Assembly (NCBI RefSeq): GCF_001447785.1
Contig: NW_015174288.1
Location: forward strand, 254,262 to 318,261
DNA from: Gekko japonicus
Lineage: Eukaryota
Reading direction: 5' to 3'
DNA: 64,000 bases
Under the pieces are notes generated by a model, which worked only from the letters and a program-made list of their open reading frames with translations, was not told where the DNA came from and did no database searches. Positions 35,735 through 59,800 of the stretch are shown piece by piece. The position numbers and the translations under genes were made by a program. Numbering within the stretch: the first letter of the stretch is position 1; each line of letters begins with the position of its first letter.

Positions 35735-36450
35735 GGAACTTTCCCCACCTCCTGAGCGCTGGGGTGGTGGCCTTGGACTTGTAGGGGCAATTCCACCTCT
35801 CTCGCAAGAGGTCATTCTGGATCCCCCAGCTCTCCTTCCCAGCTCCTTAAAAAGTTATAGCAGCAGCTGTGACGCCTGCAGGGGCATGGCAAAACGTTCC
35901 CTTGCCTCCTTGAGCACCGGGGTGGTGGCCTTGGACTCGTAGGGGCAAATTCCACCTCTCGCGTGCGGTGCCACTTGGACATCACACGCAAGAGGTCATT
36001 ATGGCTCCTCCAGCTCTCGGGAAGGGCTCTTTAAAAAGTTATGGCCGCCATCGCTGTTCTCGGTGGCGGCTGCCACCCACGCGCGAGGGGAGGGGTGGGG
36101 CGAAACGTTCCCTTGCCTCCCTGAGCATCCGGGTGGTGGTCTTGGACTCTTAGGGGCAAATTTCACCTCTTGCTTGTGGTGTTTGAGCGGCGTTGCCGCT
36201 CGGACATCACACGCCAGAGGTCATTCTGGCTCCCTCAGCTCTCGGGAGGGGCTCTTTAAAAAGTTATGGCCGCTGTCACTGTTCTGATGCCTGGGCGGGG
36301 TGAAAAGTTCCCTTGCCTCCCTGAGCCCCGGGGTGGTGGCCTTGGACTCGTAGGGGCAAATTCCACCTCTAGTGTGTGACATCACACAGAGGTCATTCTG
36401 GCTCCCCCAGCTCTCGGGAGGGGCTCTTTAAAAAGTTATGGCCGCCTTTT
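35735..36450. repeat. Tandem array of ~160-210 bp units (4 copies)
   Basis: ggggtggtggccttggactcgtaggggcaaattccacctct...agaggtcattctggctcccccagctctc...taaaaagttatggccgc recurs at ~35761, 35919, 36130 and 36330. Confidence 0.9.
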
Positions 36451-36738
36451 TCAGGCTCCGCGCTGGAGCACCGGGCCTGAAAAACGGCCTGCACAGCCGC
36501 CGCCCCCCTCCTTTGCCATGCCTGAAAAAGGGCCAGCCGAATGTCAATTTCGGCCCCATTATAACCTATGGGCCATTGAAGTCAATGGCGAAAACATAGG
36601 CTATATTCTGGAGGGGAGGGGGTTTGTGGGAGAGGCTCCAAACACGCAAGGTAGCTGCTGGAGCCTCTCCCCACGATACCAACCAAGTTTGAAGAACATT
36701 GGACCAGGGGGTCCAATTCTACAGGCCCCCAAACAGGT

Positions 36739-36824
36739 TGCCCCTATCCCCTCCATTGTTCTCTATGGTGGGGAAAAAGTAACTTTCCCCCCCACCATAG
36801 AGAACAATGGAGGGGATGGGGGCA
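36739..36824. repeat. ~86-bp near-perfect inverted repeat
   Basis: Arms tgcccctatcccctccattgttctctatggtgggg / ccccaccatagagaacaatggaggggatgggggca (35 bp, 1 mismatch). Confidence 0.92.
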
Positions 36825-36904
36825 GAGGAGACCTTGCCTGCTCTCTAGATCTTGTAGCTACATAGGACTTCTCTTGGTGATTAAGGATGATACTACTTGT
36901 AGCA

Positions 36905-37252
36905 GACCAGACGAGGAAGTACTTCACCCAAAGAGTGATTAACACGTGGAATTCACTACCACAGGAGGTGGTGGCAGCTACAAGCATGGACGGCTTCAAG
37001 AGGGAATTAGATAAACATATGGAGCAAAGATCTATCAGTGGATATTAGCCACAAGCTATAGATAGGAACTCTCAGTCTGGGGCAAGTGATGCACTGTATT
37101 CTTGGTGCTTGGGGGGGGCACAGTGGGAGGGCTTCTAGTGTCCTGGCCCCACTGCTGGACCTCCTGATGGCACCTGGTATTTTTGGCCACTGTGTGAGTG
37201 TTGGACTGGATGGGCCATTGGCCTGATCCAACAATGGCTTCTCTTATGTTGT
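36905..37252 (+). mobile_element. CR1 LINE 3' fragment
   Basis: Encodes the RT C-terminus (YFTQRVINTWNSLPQEVV...FKRELDK) and carries a CR1-type 3' UTR ending ggcctgatccaac...cttctcttatgtt. Confidence 0.82.
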
Positions 37253-38409
37253 TATCTGTAATGAATGCATGCATTAGCAAGCCTAGTTGTGATGGGTTTA
37301 AGGCTTCTCTGTTTATTTAATGCTTCCAATGATAGATCTGGGAAGAGGAGAACTTTTTGAGGGGTTGGAGGCTGTGGCGGGTGGCCTGAAACAGAGCCCG
37401 CTGGCATCTCCCAGTCTGTATCTGGCATCCCCCGCCAGTGGCCGGGAGGTACCTGGCAACCCTAGTATGAGCTTCTTTAACATACATGTATGTGAAGTTA
37501 CTGCCCACCCTCTCTCTATATTTCATTGTATCTAAAGAAGAGTGTTTGTGCACAAAAAAGCTCATCTGTTGATCTTAAAGGTGCCACTGGACTCAAGCCA
37601 GGATTTAGTTTGCTGAAAAGTATTTGTTGTACATAGTGTTTCAGATTTTGTTGCAAAGTTTGTTGCAGCCTAGTGTGCTAAAAAACTGGGGCCGGCCCTG
37701 AGAGGAGGCCAGGGGGTGGGGACATGTAGCAAGCCCCTACAGATTTTACCCCTGAGCACTCTGTAACGCTAATTCAGATTCATCCCAGCTGCATGTATGC
37801 AGGACCAGCCCTAGATCCAGTGGTGCCCCAGGCAAGTCCTTCCCCTTCCAATAGTTCCAACTTTTGAACACCTTTTTAAAAATTGTGTGTGTGTTACCCT
37901 CACAACAACCCTGTGGGGTAGGTTAGGTAGAGAAGGGGAGATTTGGCCCGGGGTCACTCAGCCAGCAGAGTGAGAATACAAACCTGGGTCTCCCCACATC
38001 AATCTGCAACTCTGACCACTGTGCAGTGCTGCCTCTACTGATCTGTAATGTTCCAGAGGTGTTGTAATGTAATACTCAGTTTCTCAAACGAGTGTATGCC
38101 TGTCTGTTGGTCCATATAGGAGTCTTGATTCTGGTTGTGTGGTGGGCTAGTTGTGGCAAATGGTAGGGAAGCTCAGTATTTCTGTATACAGTTGTAGGGG
38201 CTTTATTGCAATGTGGTATGGCCTGATATTATGTTCTTATTCCAGTGTGGGGTGTGTGGGGGGCAATGGAAGCTGAGTGATAGGGTCTCTCCAAGTGATT
38301 GCCAGAAGTGAGATGCTTCCTGGTCTTGTGTCTTACAGATAATCTTACAAATAGTTCTTTGCATTTATATCATGCTTTCAACTTTAAAAGGATCATAATG
38401 CTGATTGTG

Positions 38410-38709
38410 TGAACTTAGGCAAATCACGAGAGGTAGAGCAGGAAGGGTTGCATCAGTGCTTAGTTCTTGTGGCCCTTTCTTACATGCCCAGGGAAATGCT
38501 GATCGCCACTTTGGGGCCAGGAAGCAATTTTTCTCCAGGCCAGTTTGGCCCCCAGTGATCCTGGAGTTGGTTTTTTTTAATCATATTCTGGGCGTGGAAC
38601 AGGGGTCACTGGGGTGTGTGTGGGGTATTGGTGAATTTCCTGCATTGTGCCGCGGGTTGGACTAGATGACCCTGGAGGCCCCTTCCCACTCTATGAGTCT
38701 ATGATTCTG
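38410..38709 (+). mobile_element. CR1-tailed element (CR1 3' UTR or CR1-dependent SINE)
   Basis: gggttggactagatgaccctggaggcccttccc...ctatgattct, with a CR1 octamer-type tail. Confidence 0.75.
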
Positions 38710-39598
38710 TAATTCACCCAGGCTGGCTGTGGGCATGCCAGCACCTCTGTCAGGCAGAAGCGCCTGAGATCCTCCCCCTCCCCTTTTCCTTCGCCCGACT
38801 TGGAGGCGAAGGGAAGGGAGAGGGGGGAAAGAATGGATTCCAGGTGCTTCTGCCTGTCAGAGGTGCTGGTGCACACTTCCGGTGATGTCAGGGTGTGTGG
38901 CATATACTAATAAGTTATGCTAATGAGCTCCTGCAGCTCTTTTTCTACGAAATGACCCCTGGCTAACAGCAATTGCAGTATTACTAGTAATTCAAGCTAA
39001 AGGTAAAGGAAATGTACATTTAATGCTGGATTTAAAAAGGGTTTAACAGAAAGCCATTTCATTTCTTTTATTAAGTAAAGAAAACATTTTTATTGTTCAA
39101 AAGGGTTCATAGGGCATTACAATCTTAAATATCAAAAACCTCCACTCAAGGTCACCAACTAGAGACTCCAGCTGACAAGATTCATAAATACAGCCATCAT
39201 CCACACACTAATCTCTACTGTACTCAGTGCTCCCTCATTCCCCTATAGAATTCTGGAAAGAAACACCCACAGAGATTAGCTCTTGGATGCAGTCTCAACC
39301 AAATGGCGCACCAGGATCTGAGGCACAGTAAAGACCTCCTTAATTCTTCAACACACAGAAGCAGTTTTGTCACCTCTGCATCCTGACTAAATGGCAGGTA
39401 CAACTGGACAGATGGAGATCCATGTTAAGCACTTTTTGCACCAAAGTGCCTTAGATCATGAAGTCCAATTTCTGCTCTGAACTCTCCTTCTCTGACCAAA
39501 CTGGGGTTCCAGGAAGAGGCTCAAACACAGCGCACGTTGTGAGGAAAGCATCCCTGAGCCCTCAGGCCCAAAGACATGGCGTGGCTGGGAGAGCAGAG

Positions 39599-50615
<11,017 letters not shown>

Positions 50616-50860
50616 CACTTCTAAATACAACCTGGAAGTAGTTTCTTTTTGACACAAGAACTATTCCAAGCCCTTCCGGAACACAAGAGGACAGCGTATT
50701 CCGCCCGCATGATGCCACGTGACATGTAGGAAGGCGGTGCTTCTTGTCATCGAGCTAGGGCAAGTGAGAACGGAAGGGCGTGGCTTCCCCCACAGGGGCG
50801 TGTAGCACAGCACTCGCAACACCAACGCCGCCTCCGGAGCCTCACCAAGGCGGGCGCGTA
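50616..50860. promoter_or_regulatory. Compact bidirectional promoter COX15 / CUTC
   Basis: The predicted start codons are only 245 bp apart and head-to-head. The interval is CpG-rich, with an E-box GCCACGTGAC at 50714-50723 and ETS-like CCGGAA/CGGAAG sites. Confidence 0.8.
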
Positions 50861-53800
50861 ATGAAGAGAGGGAACAGGAAGCCGGGGTCGGAGGGAGGGT
50901 GTTCGGGTGAGTGGGCAGGGACTCGACCGGAAACGGATTTCAGAAGGGAAATAGAATTCGAAGGGCGGGGTTAGGGAATGGAAATCCGGGTGGCCTGGTG
51001 CATTTCGATAGCGAGGTTGCAAAGTGGCAGTTCGGTTTGTGTTGATTCTCACAGGGCACATGGGCACGCATCCTTCAGCAGGGTCGAGTTGCATTTGTTT
51101 AGGGACTGGCTTAGAGGGCAGGATATATTGGTTTGACATTCTGTTCTCTCCCAGTTCTCTAAAGTCGTAAAGTTCAGGAAAAGGCCTACCTTTGGTTTTG
51201 CTTAATGCATCAGGTAGTCCTCTCTTCTCTACAAAACTGTAATGTTTAGTGCATTTTAATTGCTTTAAAGCCATAAAAAGGGGATACACATTTCAAATTT
51301 GTATTTATTTAACAAAGGCATATTCTAGGTTACCTGTGCCCCAGTGCCAGAAAGTGCCACTGTGGGACAGTGATTAGAATATCAGATCAGGAAAAGGAAG
51401 GCCCTGTTTCAAATCCCTGTGCTGCCTTGAAGGTTGATGAATGACCTTGGGTTAGTTATTTTTCACAGCATAATTATCTCACATGGTTATTAGGATAAGC
51501 ATACCTGAGAGGATAACTATATATTCTACCCTGAGCTCCATAGAGGAAAGGCAGGATAAAAATATGATAGTCACCAACAGGTTCTTTTTAGAGGGGGATG
51601 TGTTGGGGAAAAGCAGCAACCAAACAGACACCACTCCTATTCATGAGTTGGTTGCTAAGGTGCTGTACAGTTCATTAAGGTTAAAAAACAAGTTTGCTTT
51701 GAGTGGCAGTATTTTAAATACGTACGTAGAAAACTGTGTGATGCTCACTTGTACTTCATCAGGTGAATAATATATGTATGCTCACTTTGTATGCCCAAGG
51801 GGCTGAAGAAGGTGAACTTTCTTCTGGGCTCAGGGAAAAAAACACCTTTGCACACAAATTTCATTAAAGGCCCTGCTGATGTCAGAGTATCTTTTGTTAC
51901 TGATCCTTTGTTCTGTTGTTGGGTGTCTAGAACTGCTGTGTATTAGCCAAAACAGCTTGTTTCTGAATGTGCAGCTTTTTTCTCAGTAGTTTACAGGTTG
52001 TTGGTGACTTGTAAAAGCTAGCATGTTACACTGTGGCCCTCTTGCTGTTTAGCCACTCCTAAGCATCTCCGTTTCAGTTTATACAAAAGAGCTAGATTCC
52101 TTTGAAAAGGAACTTTCTGAAACCGGTGCCAGTTAGCCATGTTCATTGTAGTAAAAATAGAGGCTGATACTCTGTAGGAGGGGGAAGTTAATATCAGTAT
52201 AGGTATATCATCTTTGGCATCTTATCCCATTCAATATTAAATAGCTATTCTTAGTGCAATGAATCAGTAGAACTATATGAAGTAGCTTTTGGACATATAG
52301 TTGTGGGGAACAGCTTGGAAAGAAGGTTGCGTAATCAAGACGAAAGAATCCAACTAAAAACTACAGTGGGATGGAACATTAGAAATCACCTCAGCAGTTG
52401 TTTGACCCTTTTTGCTGCTGGGAAACTAAATTCAAAATACTTCAGAGGGCCAAAAAAGCAAGAAGCTGTTGAGTTCGGTTCCAAGGGATTAACAGCAAAA
52501 GTAGTCTTTGGCTTCAGGTGCATCATTTTACCTCTGCTGTGATGAAAAAGGTTGAGCTTAATCTTCTGTACTGGACACAAGTTTTCTATCCAGACTCTGA
52601 TCTTATAATAAGTGCAGATAGAATTTGGCTGGGTAGGTTGACCAGTGATGTAAAATGTATTAAGCAGCTGGCTGTGTGGGCTGAATGTGGTTGAAAGAAT
52701 CCAACTAAAGAATCAAAATGAAAGAATCCAACTAAAATCTGCAATCAGATGGAACTTTAGAAATGACCATTCTCAGCAGCTGTTTGTCCCTTTTGGTTGA
52801 AGTAGAACTGGACTTCCCCATAATCTCTTACTCTGTTTCTCTCCTAGGAATGTCCAATGGCTTTCTCATGGAAGTATGCGTTGATTCAGTGGAGTCTGCC
52901 GTGAATGCAGAAAGGGGAGGTAATGTCACAATAAACGGCTGCAAAGGGAGGCATGGTTCTTCCCCTGAGCAGCATGAAGATCTCCAAAACTCTAATCTAT
53001 AGAGTAGTGACACAATTATGGACCTTCAGGACAAGAATGTATACATTCTCTTTTGTGACTGCAAGCCTGTTACCTGCTTGGACTCCTCATGATGGGACAA
53101 GCTGTAAATCAAAAACTGGCATACTCTAATTTTGTCGACATCTGCACTAGCAGAGTTAGGCTGGGCAAGCACCTGGAGCAAACAATTAACCCTCGAACTA
53201 AACTACTTCAGAGGCTAGGCCTATGCACATACTTTCTCCTTGGATCCTCCAGTTCCAGAGTTCGTTTGGCTTTGATGCTGGAGTGAAGATGACAGCACAA
53301 TCTTCAGCAGAGTTACACCATTCTAATGCCATTGTAGTTGATGGGCTTAGAAGGATGTAGCTGTTTGGATTGTGTGCTATGAATCACTAACTGTAGTTAT
53401 GGAATGTGCTTATAGCTAATGAAGGCATGGCAGGTTTTTGTGGGTTTTTTTTTTTAAAGGATGGAGACTATTGTTCTGTTTAGTTCACTGAATTTGGTCC
53501 AACAGCAAAATACTGCTTGTAGGATATAGGCTGAGAACTTTAGATTATTCTTAGTGATCTTCATCTCCTTATGTGAGATTGAAGTACCCAATTATAGGAG
53601 CTTCCGGTTTAAGCATTTTGCCACCCCTCTCGCTCTGATGGGGGCGCGCCGAGACTCAGCTGACGGGAAGGGTCCGAGATTGTCCCGGACTCTCCCGGGG
53701 TCTTCGTAGGAGACCCCCCAGCCTGGGAAGCTGAGGAGAGCCTCTTCCAAGGCGACGGCCAAGGAATTGAGGCTCACCTTTTCCACGAAAGGTCCCGTCA

Positions 53801-56800
53801 CCGCAGAGCCAATATGGCACCCAGAGACGACTGCTGGAGCAAGCGGACACGACCAAAGAAATGCTTCTAAAAGATCTCCAAGGCTCCAAACCGTGAGTTA
53901 AGCAATGCTCAAGTGTTACAAAGTGACTATATGAGCCTTGGCAGTAATTAGAAGTGCCTATGAACAAAGTGAGGGTGGAGGGGAAACTCAAGACTACCCC
54001 CCAAAAAAACCCCTTGAAAAGCGGTTTTTAAGCGGAAATAAAAGACTCTGAGCTAAACTAAACGCATGAGAATTCAAGAGAATTCAAAAGCTGCATGCTG
54101 AGATAAAGCACACTAAAAACGTATAACTTTTATCTTGTTTTGGAAAACTTCTTGTTGATATTATGGCGGGGAGAGGGCGGAAAGCGACGCCAGAGAAAAA
54201 AAACTCCGACCAGAAATAACCAACCAACGACTCCCTCCCGGAACCAGGAAGCAACTACAGACTTTTCTACACTATTAGCTAATGCATCGTGCCCTCTAAT
54301 GGAACAGATGACGAACCTCAACTCCAAATTAGACATTGTTCAAAAACAATTGAACCAAATGGATAAAAGAACCTCAGCAACTGAGAAAACATTTTAAAAG
54401 GTGGAAAAACAGATGGAGAATATTAATAAAAGAGTGGATGAAGCGGAAAAAGAAAGAACCTCCAATAAAACACAGTTAATACAGCTCCAGTTGGAAAGAT
54501 CCGTGTATGTTCTACATTTCCATGGGATTCCTGAGGAAAAAAATGAGGATCTAAAAGAACTCTTAGCAGATGCTCTTGCACCATTAATGGATTACAAACA
54601 TGAAGATTTACTGAAGGAGATGGGCGTGGCTTATAGGACCTATCCGAATTTTATAAAGGAAAATAAACTCCCAGGGGAAATTGGCTTGAAATTTATGAAA
54701 CGATCTACCAGAGAACTGGTGCTAAAGTCCACGATGGGGAAGTCTTTAAAAATCAAAAATGAAGAGGTAAAAATTCTGAAAGACATTCCCTTTGAAGTGA
54801 GAAAGCAGAGGAGACTTTATAAAGAGCTTACTCTCGCTCTACAAAAAAAGGGACTACCCTACAGATGGACATTCCCTGAAGGGCTGAGCTTCAAATATGA
54901 GGACAAAAAAGTTAAAATTGACTCTGTTCCTAAAGCGAATAAATTTATGGATCAGTTTTTAAACCCAAAGCGAAACGAGAGAAAAAAGTCCAAAACCTAA
55001 CGTGGAGGAAGAAGAAGAAGAAGAAGGATCCTACTCACAAGATTCAATAAGCACCAGTTCTAATTCTTCAGAGACATCGGATTCTGAGAAAGGAGAAGCC
55101 GCTCCTAAACCCCAGAAAACGAAGAAACGCAAGAAGAAAAGACTCTAAAACTAAGATAATCGTTTAGAATGCAGTTTTTACCAGAAAGTACTTAAAGCAA
55201 ATTTCAATTTTGTCTCTTTTAACTCTTATATACAACCGTAACCTTGTATTAGTAGGTGATACAACTATATCTTTATGTAACCAGATCGTGTCAATGTGTT
55301 AGTTTTTTCCTTTTCCCTTATTCATTAGAATTTTTAGTGCTAGGATATCAGTATTCCTTTCCCTTGTTCCAGTAGATCATTGTATTAGTACCCCTCTCCC
55401 TGTTTCCAGTAGGCTTGGTGTTAGAGTGTTAGTATCCTTTTCCCTGATCCCGGTAGGTTTAGGGTTGTAGTAATGGAAAATAATAAAATCTTTTTAAAAA
55501 AGTAGTAGTACCCAATTATATAAAATACTCTTCCTAAACCAAAGCTTGAGAGAGTCCTTGTGCTGAACTTCTCATTTCCTTTTTCATCTTTGCTTTTCAA
55601 GTGTGAAATCCTGTGTGTCCACCAGGAAGTTGCACTTTTAACGTCTCTTATTACAGGTGCTGGTCGCCTTGAATTGTGTGCTAATCTGATGGAAGGAGGT
55701 ACAACACCTAGCATTGGTGAGTTGCCACATACAAGCTAAGATGCAACCCACCAGCTTTCTGCACTGTGTACTGAGCAGCCAAGCAATGGGGAAATAGTAA
55801 CTGGTCCTGGTAGGAGTATAGTAAACTGGACCATCTGTCCACCAGCTTTGTGCTTATGAAAGAGGGAGGAAGTAGCTGTTTGTTCATCTATTTATTAAAA
55901 TGTACATCACTATTTACTAGTTGCTAAAACAATAGCAGTGTTCTGCTTACTCTTGTAATGAGACAATGTGTTTTTCATTGGCATCTTCTGGGCTTGTGAG
56001 AAGGCAAGCTGTAGTTCTGTCACTCTGTTTCAGCTTCCTTTCTTCAGCAGCCCCATCTGTTCCTGTGTCCAAAGAAGGTCTTTTTCCCCCTCCCTTGCAG
56101 CTGCAAGATCCTTTCTTGAGAATCATACTTTCTGGCAGATTGGTGGGCCTCTGTCACTCAGCAAAGTTCTAGTTTTCACTTTCTATTCATTGGCATAGCT
56201 AGCTGTTAACTGATTCCATGTCCTGAACTGAATCTCTTTTTGCCTGCAGGGCTTTTGCAAGTAGTGAAGCAGTGTATAAGGGTGCCTGTATTTGTGATGA
56301 TCCGTCCCCGAGGGGGGGACTTCCTCTATTCTGACCGGGAAGTGGAAGTGATGAAGGCTGACGTCCGACTGGCCAAGCAATATGGGGCTGATGGGCTGGT
56401 ATTTGGAGCCTTGACTGAGGATGGGCGTGTGGACACAGAGCTCTGCGCAGCACTGTTGGGTGAGAGGCCATATTGCAGAAACTGAATCTGATGCCTGCCA
56501 GTACTGCCTTTATTTATTTGTTTGTTTATATTCCACCCTTCCACACCAAAATGTATGTTCTGTGGCTCACAGATAAAGCAAAAAAACAAAAACTAAACAA
56601 AACCCACAATAGAGCTACATTATAAATACAGTGAAAATTCAAAAACAGTAAAATAATGAAAGTTTAAACACTTCTGAAAAAAACAGAGAAAGACCATGAT
56701 GTTTAAAGGCATCCTGAAATAAAAAGGTATTTGATGACAAAAGGGCTATAGTGAGGAAGCTTACTGTTTGCTCTGATGGAAGTGTTTGAGGTGGAGGGCT

Positions 56801-59800
56801 TTGTTTACAGAGCTAGTGTTAGAAGGGTTGTCTTTGACTCCCCTGCTGGGAAGGGAAAGATTCTTGCTGAATAAATATGTGGTAATCACCTCAGACCTCT
56901 TCTTTTTGCAGCTGTTTCTCGCCCCTTGCCAGTCACCTTCCATAGAGGTGAGTTTCTGGGGCTTGGAGTGGGGAAGGGAGGATGACAATCTGAATTGCTG
57001 TCTTGCAGGCTGATGGCCCAGGCAGGATGACCATGCCTGCTGGGGCTATGAGAATGCAGTCTGAGTGCTGCACATATTAGTAGACTAAACAACAGGGTTT
57101 ACCAATAAGATCTGGGCTTTCAATATGTGGCTGATGTTCGCATCATAGTGCTTGTTTTTTGGGGGTTCCCAGTAAAAACTGACATGCTCCATTTTCCTTG
57201 CAGCTTTTGACATGGTCTATGATCCACTGGCAGCCCTGGAGACATTGATATCGCTAGGATTCGAACGAGTGTTGACCAGTGGCTGTGACAGCTCAGCTCT
57301 GGAGGGGCTGCCCTTAATAAAGCGGCTGACAGAACAGGTGAAGTACCTAGAGCAAAGACCTGGAAAAGCATCATAAAGTTTCAAAGCTAAATTCCAAACA
57401 TACCTTTTGCATTCTCCTAACCAACAGAGTCATGCTGTCTCTGTGATGTCATGTTTTTCCAGTTTAATTTGTATTGAATTATTTATGCAGATAAAGTAAT
57501 AAACATAATTGAAATACAAGATACATAGATATATCTGAAAGGGTGTGGAAAGAGAGAGCATGGCAAGTAACAAGTGGAATAACTACTAAACATGCTTGCT
57601 TGCAGTAAATATGTGTCGTAGAAGAATAATACATATAGACTGCCATTTTCCCTTGTTCCTTAAATGCCAAAATGCAACTTGAAACCAGCTCTACCCAGCA
57701 CCACTTAGATTAATTAACGCTATAGTCCTGAAGACAGTTACCTAGGAGTAATCCCATTTAACATGTTAGAACTTACTTTTGAGTAGAACGCATAGGATTA
57801 TGCTGCAAGTGTGCAATGTATCCTGCACAAGATTCAGATAAAAGGTCTCAATATCTCCCTCATGCATACTTAAAAAAAAATCCAACCTGCTGAAGAGTTC
57901 TGGAGAACTTGAAAGCTTGCACATTGCTTTGTGATTTTTTTTGGATTTTTTGTGGCCCAGCACTGCTACCTTTGATTTCTACTAGGGGTGTGCATTTGGT
58001 TCTACCCAAACCAAAAATATACCCTAAAAACACCTTACCGGTATTTTTTGGGTATATTTTGGCATCTCAAATATATCTGGGTTTTCTTGGGAAAACTGGG
58101 GGGGAAATCTTGAAAAAATCACAGATATATTCAGGAATTACCAGTAGACCCAAAAACAAAGGAGATGCAGGAGCAGATTGCACTCGCCTCTCAGCTGTTT
58201 GTCAGTACAGGGATCAGGATTGGCTATTTGAGGGGGAGCAGACTGTTCCTGCTGGCTTGCCTTGGGGCTAATTTCTTGTGCAGCCCGGTTTAAACCAGGC
58301 TGCCAGAAAAGCCGCCCCAGCCAGGATCTGTGTGCCTCAGGGAGCTATCTCCCCACAGCACAGAGATCCAAGAGCTGCTTCCTGAGGGGCGTAGTTTAAA
58401 CCAGGCTGCAGGAGAAGCTGTTTGAACCAGGATCCGCATGCTTCGGGGAGTGATCTCCCTGTGGCACACAGATCCAAGAGCTGGCTTCTCCTGCAGCCCA
58501 GTTTAAACCGCACTACAGAAGGACCCAGTCCCAGGATCTGTGTGCCACGGGGAGATCACTCCCCGAGGCATGTAGATCCTGCTGCTGGCTTCTCCTGCGG
58601 CCTAGTTTAAACCAGGCTGCAGGAGAAGCCAAACGAGCCCCAGGATTGGGCTGGCTTTTTAAAAAAATCTGGTTTTTTTCTTCTCAGGTCTATTAGACCT
58701 GAAAAATTCAGGATTCCGAAAAATCTTGGATCCGACTACTGTACCAGGGTGGAGATCTGAGATTTTTCAGAAATGCTGAAATTTTTTGGGGTCCAGCAGA
58801 CCTGAACTGAAAAATACCAAATTAAAAATTTCACACTCCAAATGTCTACATATCATACCAGTGTATTCTACATAGAATACCCAAGAAGTAGATTTATGCT
58901 ATCCTAAAAGAAGTGTGATTGCATGTCGCTCAGTATAATTTTCAGTGGCTTCAAAAAAATGCCTGTCATTTAACACAGAACTTTTAAGAATAGCTAAACC
59001 ATTGGATTTGAAATCTGGACTTCTCTATTGTTGTCTGGTCTCAGGCCTTAATGTGTTCGTGTTCTGTCACAAGCAATGCTACTAAACTCTTCTCCTCTGT
59101 CTTTTCAGGCCAAGGGCAGGATTGTTGTTGTGCCAGGTAGGACTCTGCTTGTGAGTATATATATGTAACAACAGGCAGAATAGGTCAAAGCTCAGTCATC
59201 AGCCCAGTATATTGTTAAGCACTTCTCCAGGACTTTAGAAATCCTATGCTACTGGTACAAGGTTGCTTTTTGCTGTTTGGATGAGACATGCCACTGGAGA
59301 TGTATAATGTCTTTATCAGCTTGCTTACAAATACAGAAATGGATCAGAGGAGAAATATAATATGCTTCTGCAACAGGCAGCACTACTGCTGAATCTACAT
59401 CAGGTTCCCATAGGAACAGTGGACCCCCACCCTAGACCAAGGCTGCTTCTAATCAAGCTAAACTCATAGTTCTAAACTCTTTATCTGAACAGCTTCTAGC
59501 TAACTCTCTATTCCTCTTTCAGTCTCTAATGGGTATCATGTTCTGAAGGCGAGAAGTGGGAGAGAATTCCTTACCAGCAAGAAGCATTAACGTTCTTTTC
59601 TCAAGTCCCTGACTACGCGTAGGTTTGGTAGACAAAACCATAACTATGAGCCCCTTCACGTTGATCAGGGCAGCCAACTGCATGGCTGTATAATGCCCAC
59701 GTGCACCAGCTTCTCTAATGGAAATGTCCTCGTTTCAAGGAAGCACAAGATTCAGAGGGTGTAGCTCCTGAACTGTAGTGTCAGCAGCATCCAGTAATAT

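Noticed and set aside
35735-36450. Repeat array as CRISPR-like
   Set aside because: The context is vertebrate, the units are long and tandem without unique spacers, and there are no cas genes.
50620-50710. Upstream minus-strand ATG at 50710 as the COX15 start
   Set aside because: That frame hits a stop after ~30 codons. The ATG at 50615 gives a targeting-peptide-like exon with a phase-0 donor.
54140-55000. Possible domesticated L1TD1-like gene
   Set aside because: It has an in-frame stop and frameshifts and is bounded by a TSD, so it is a decaying retroelement copy.
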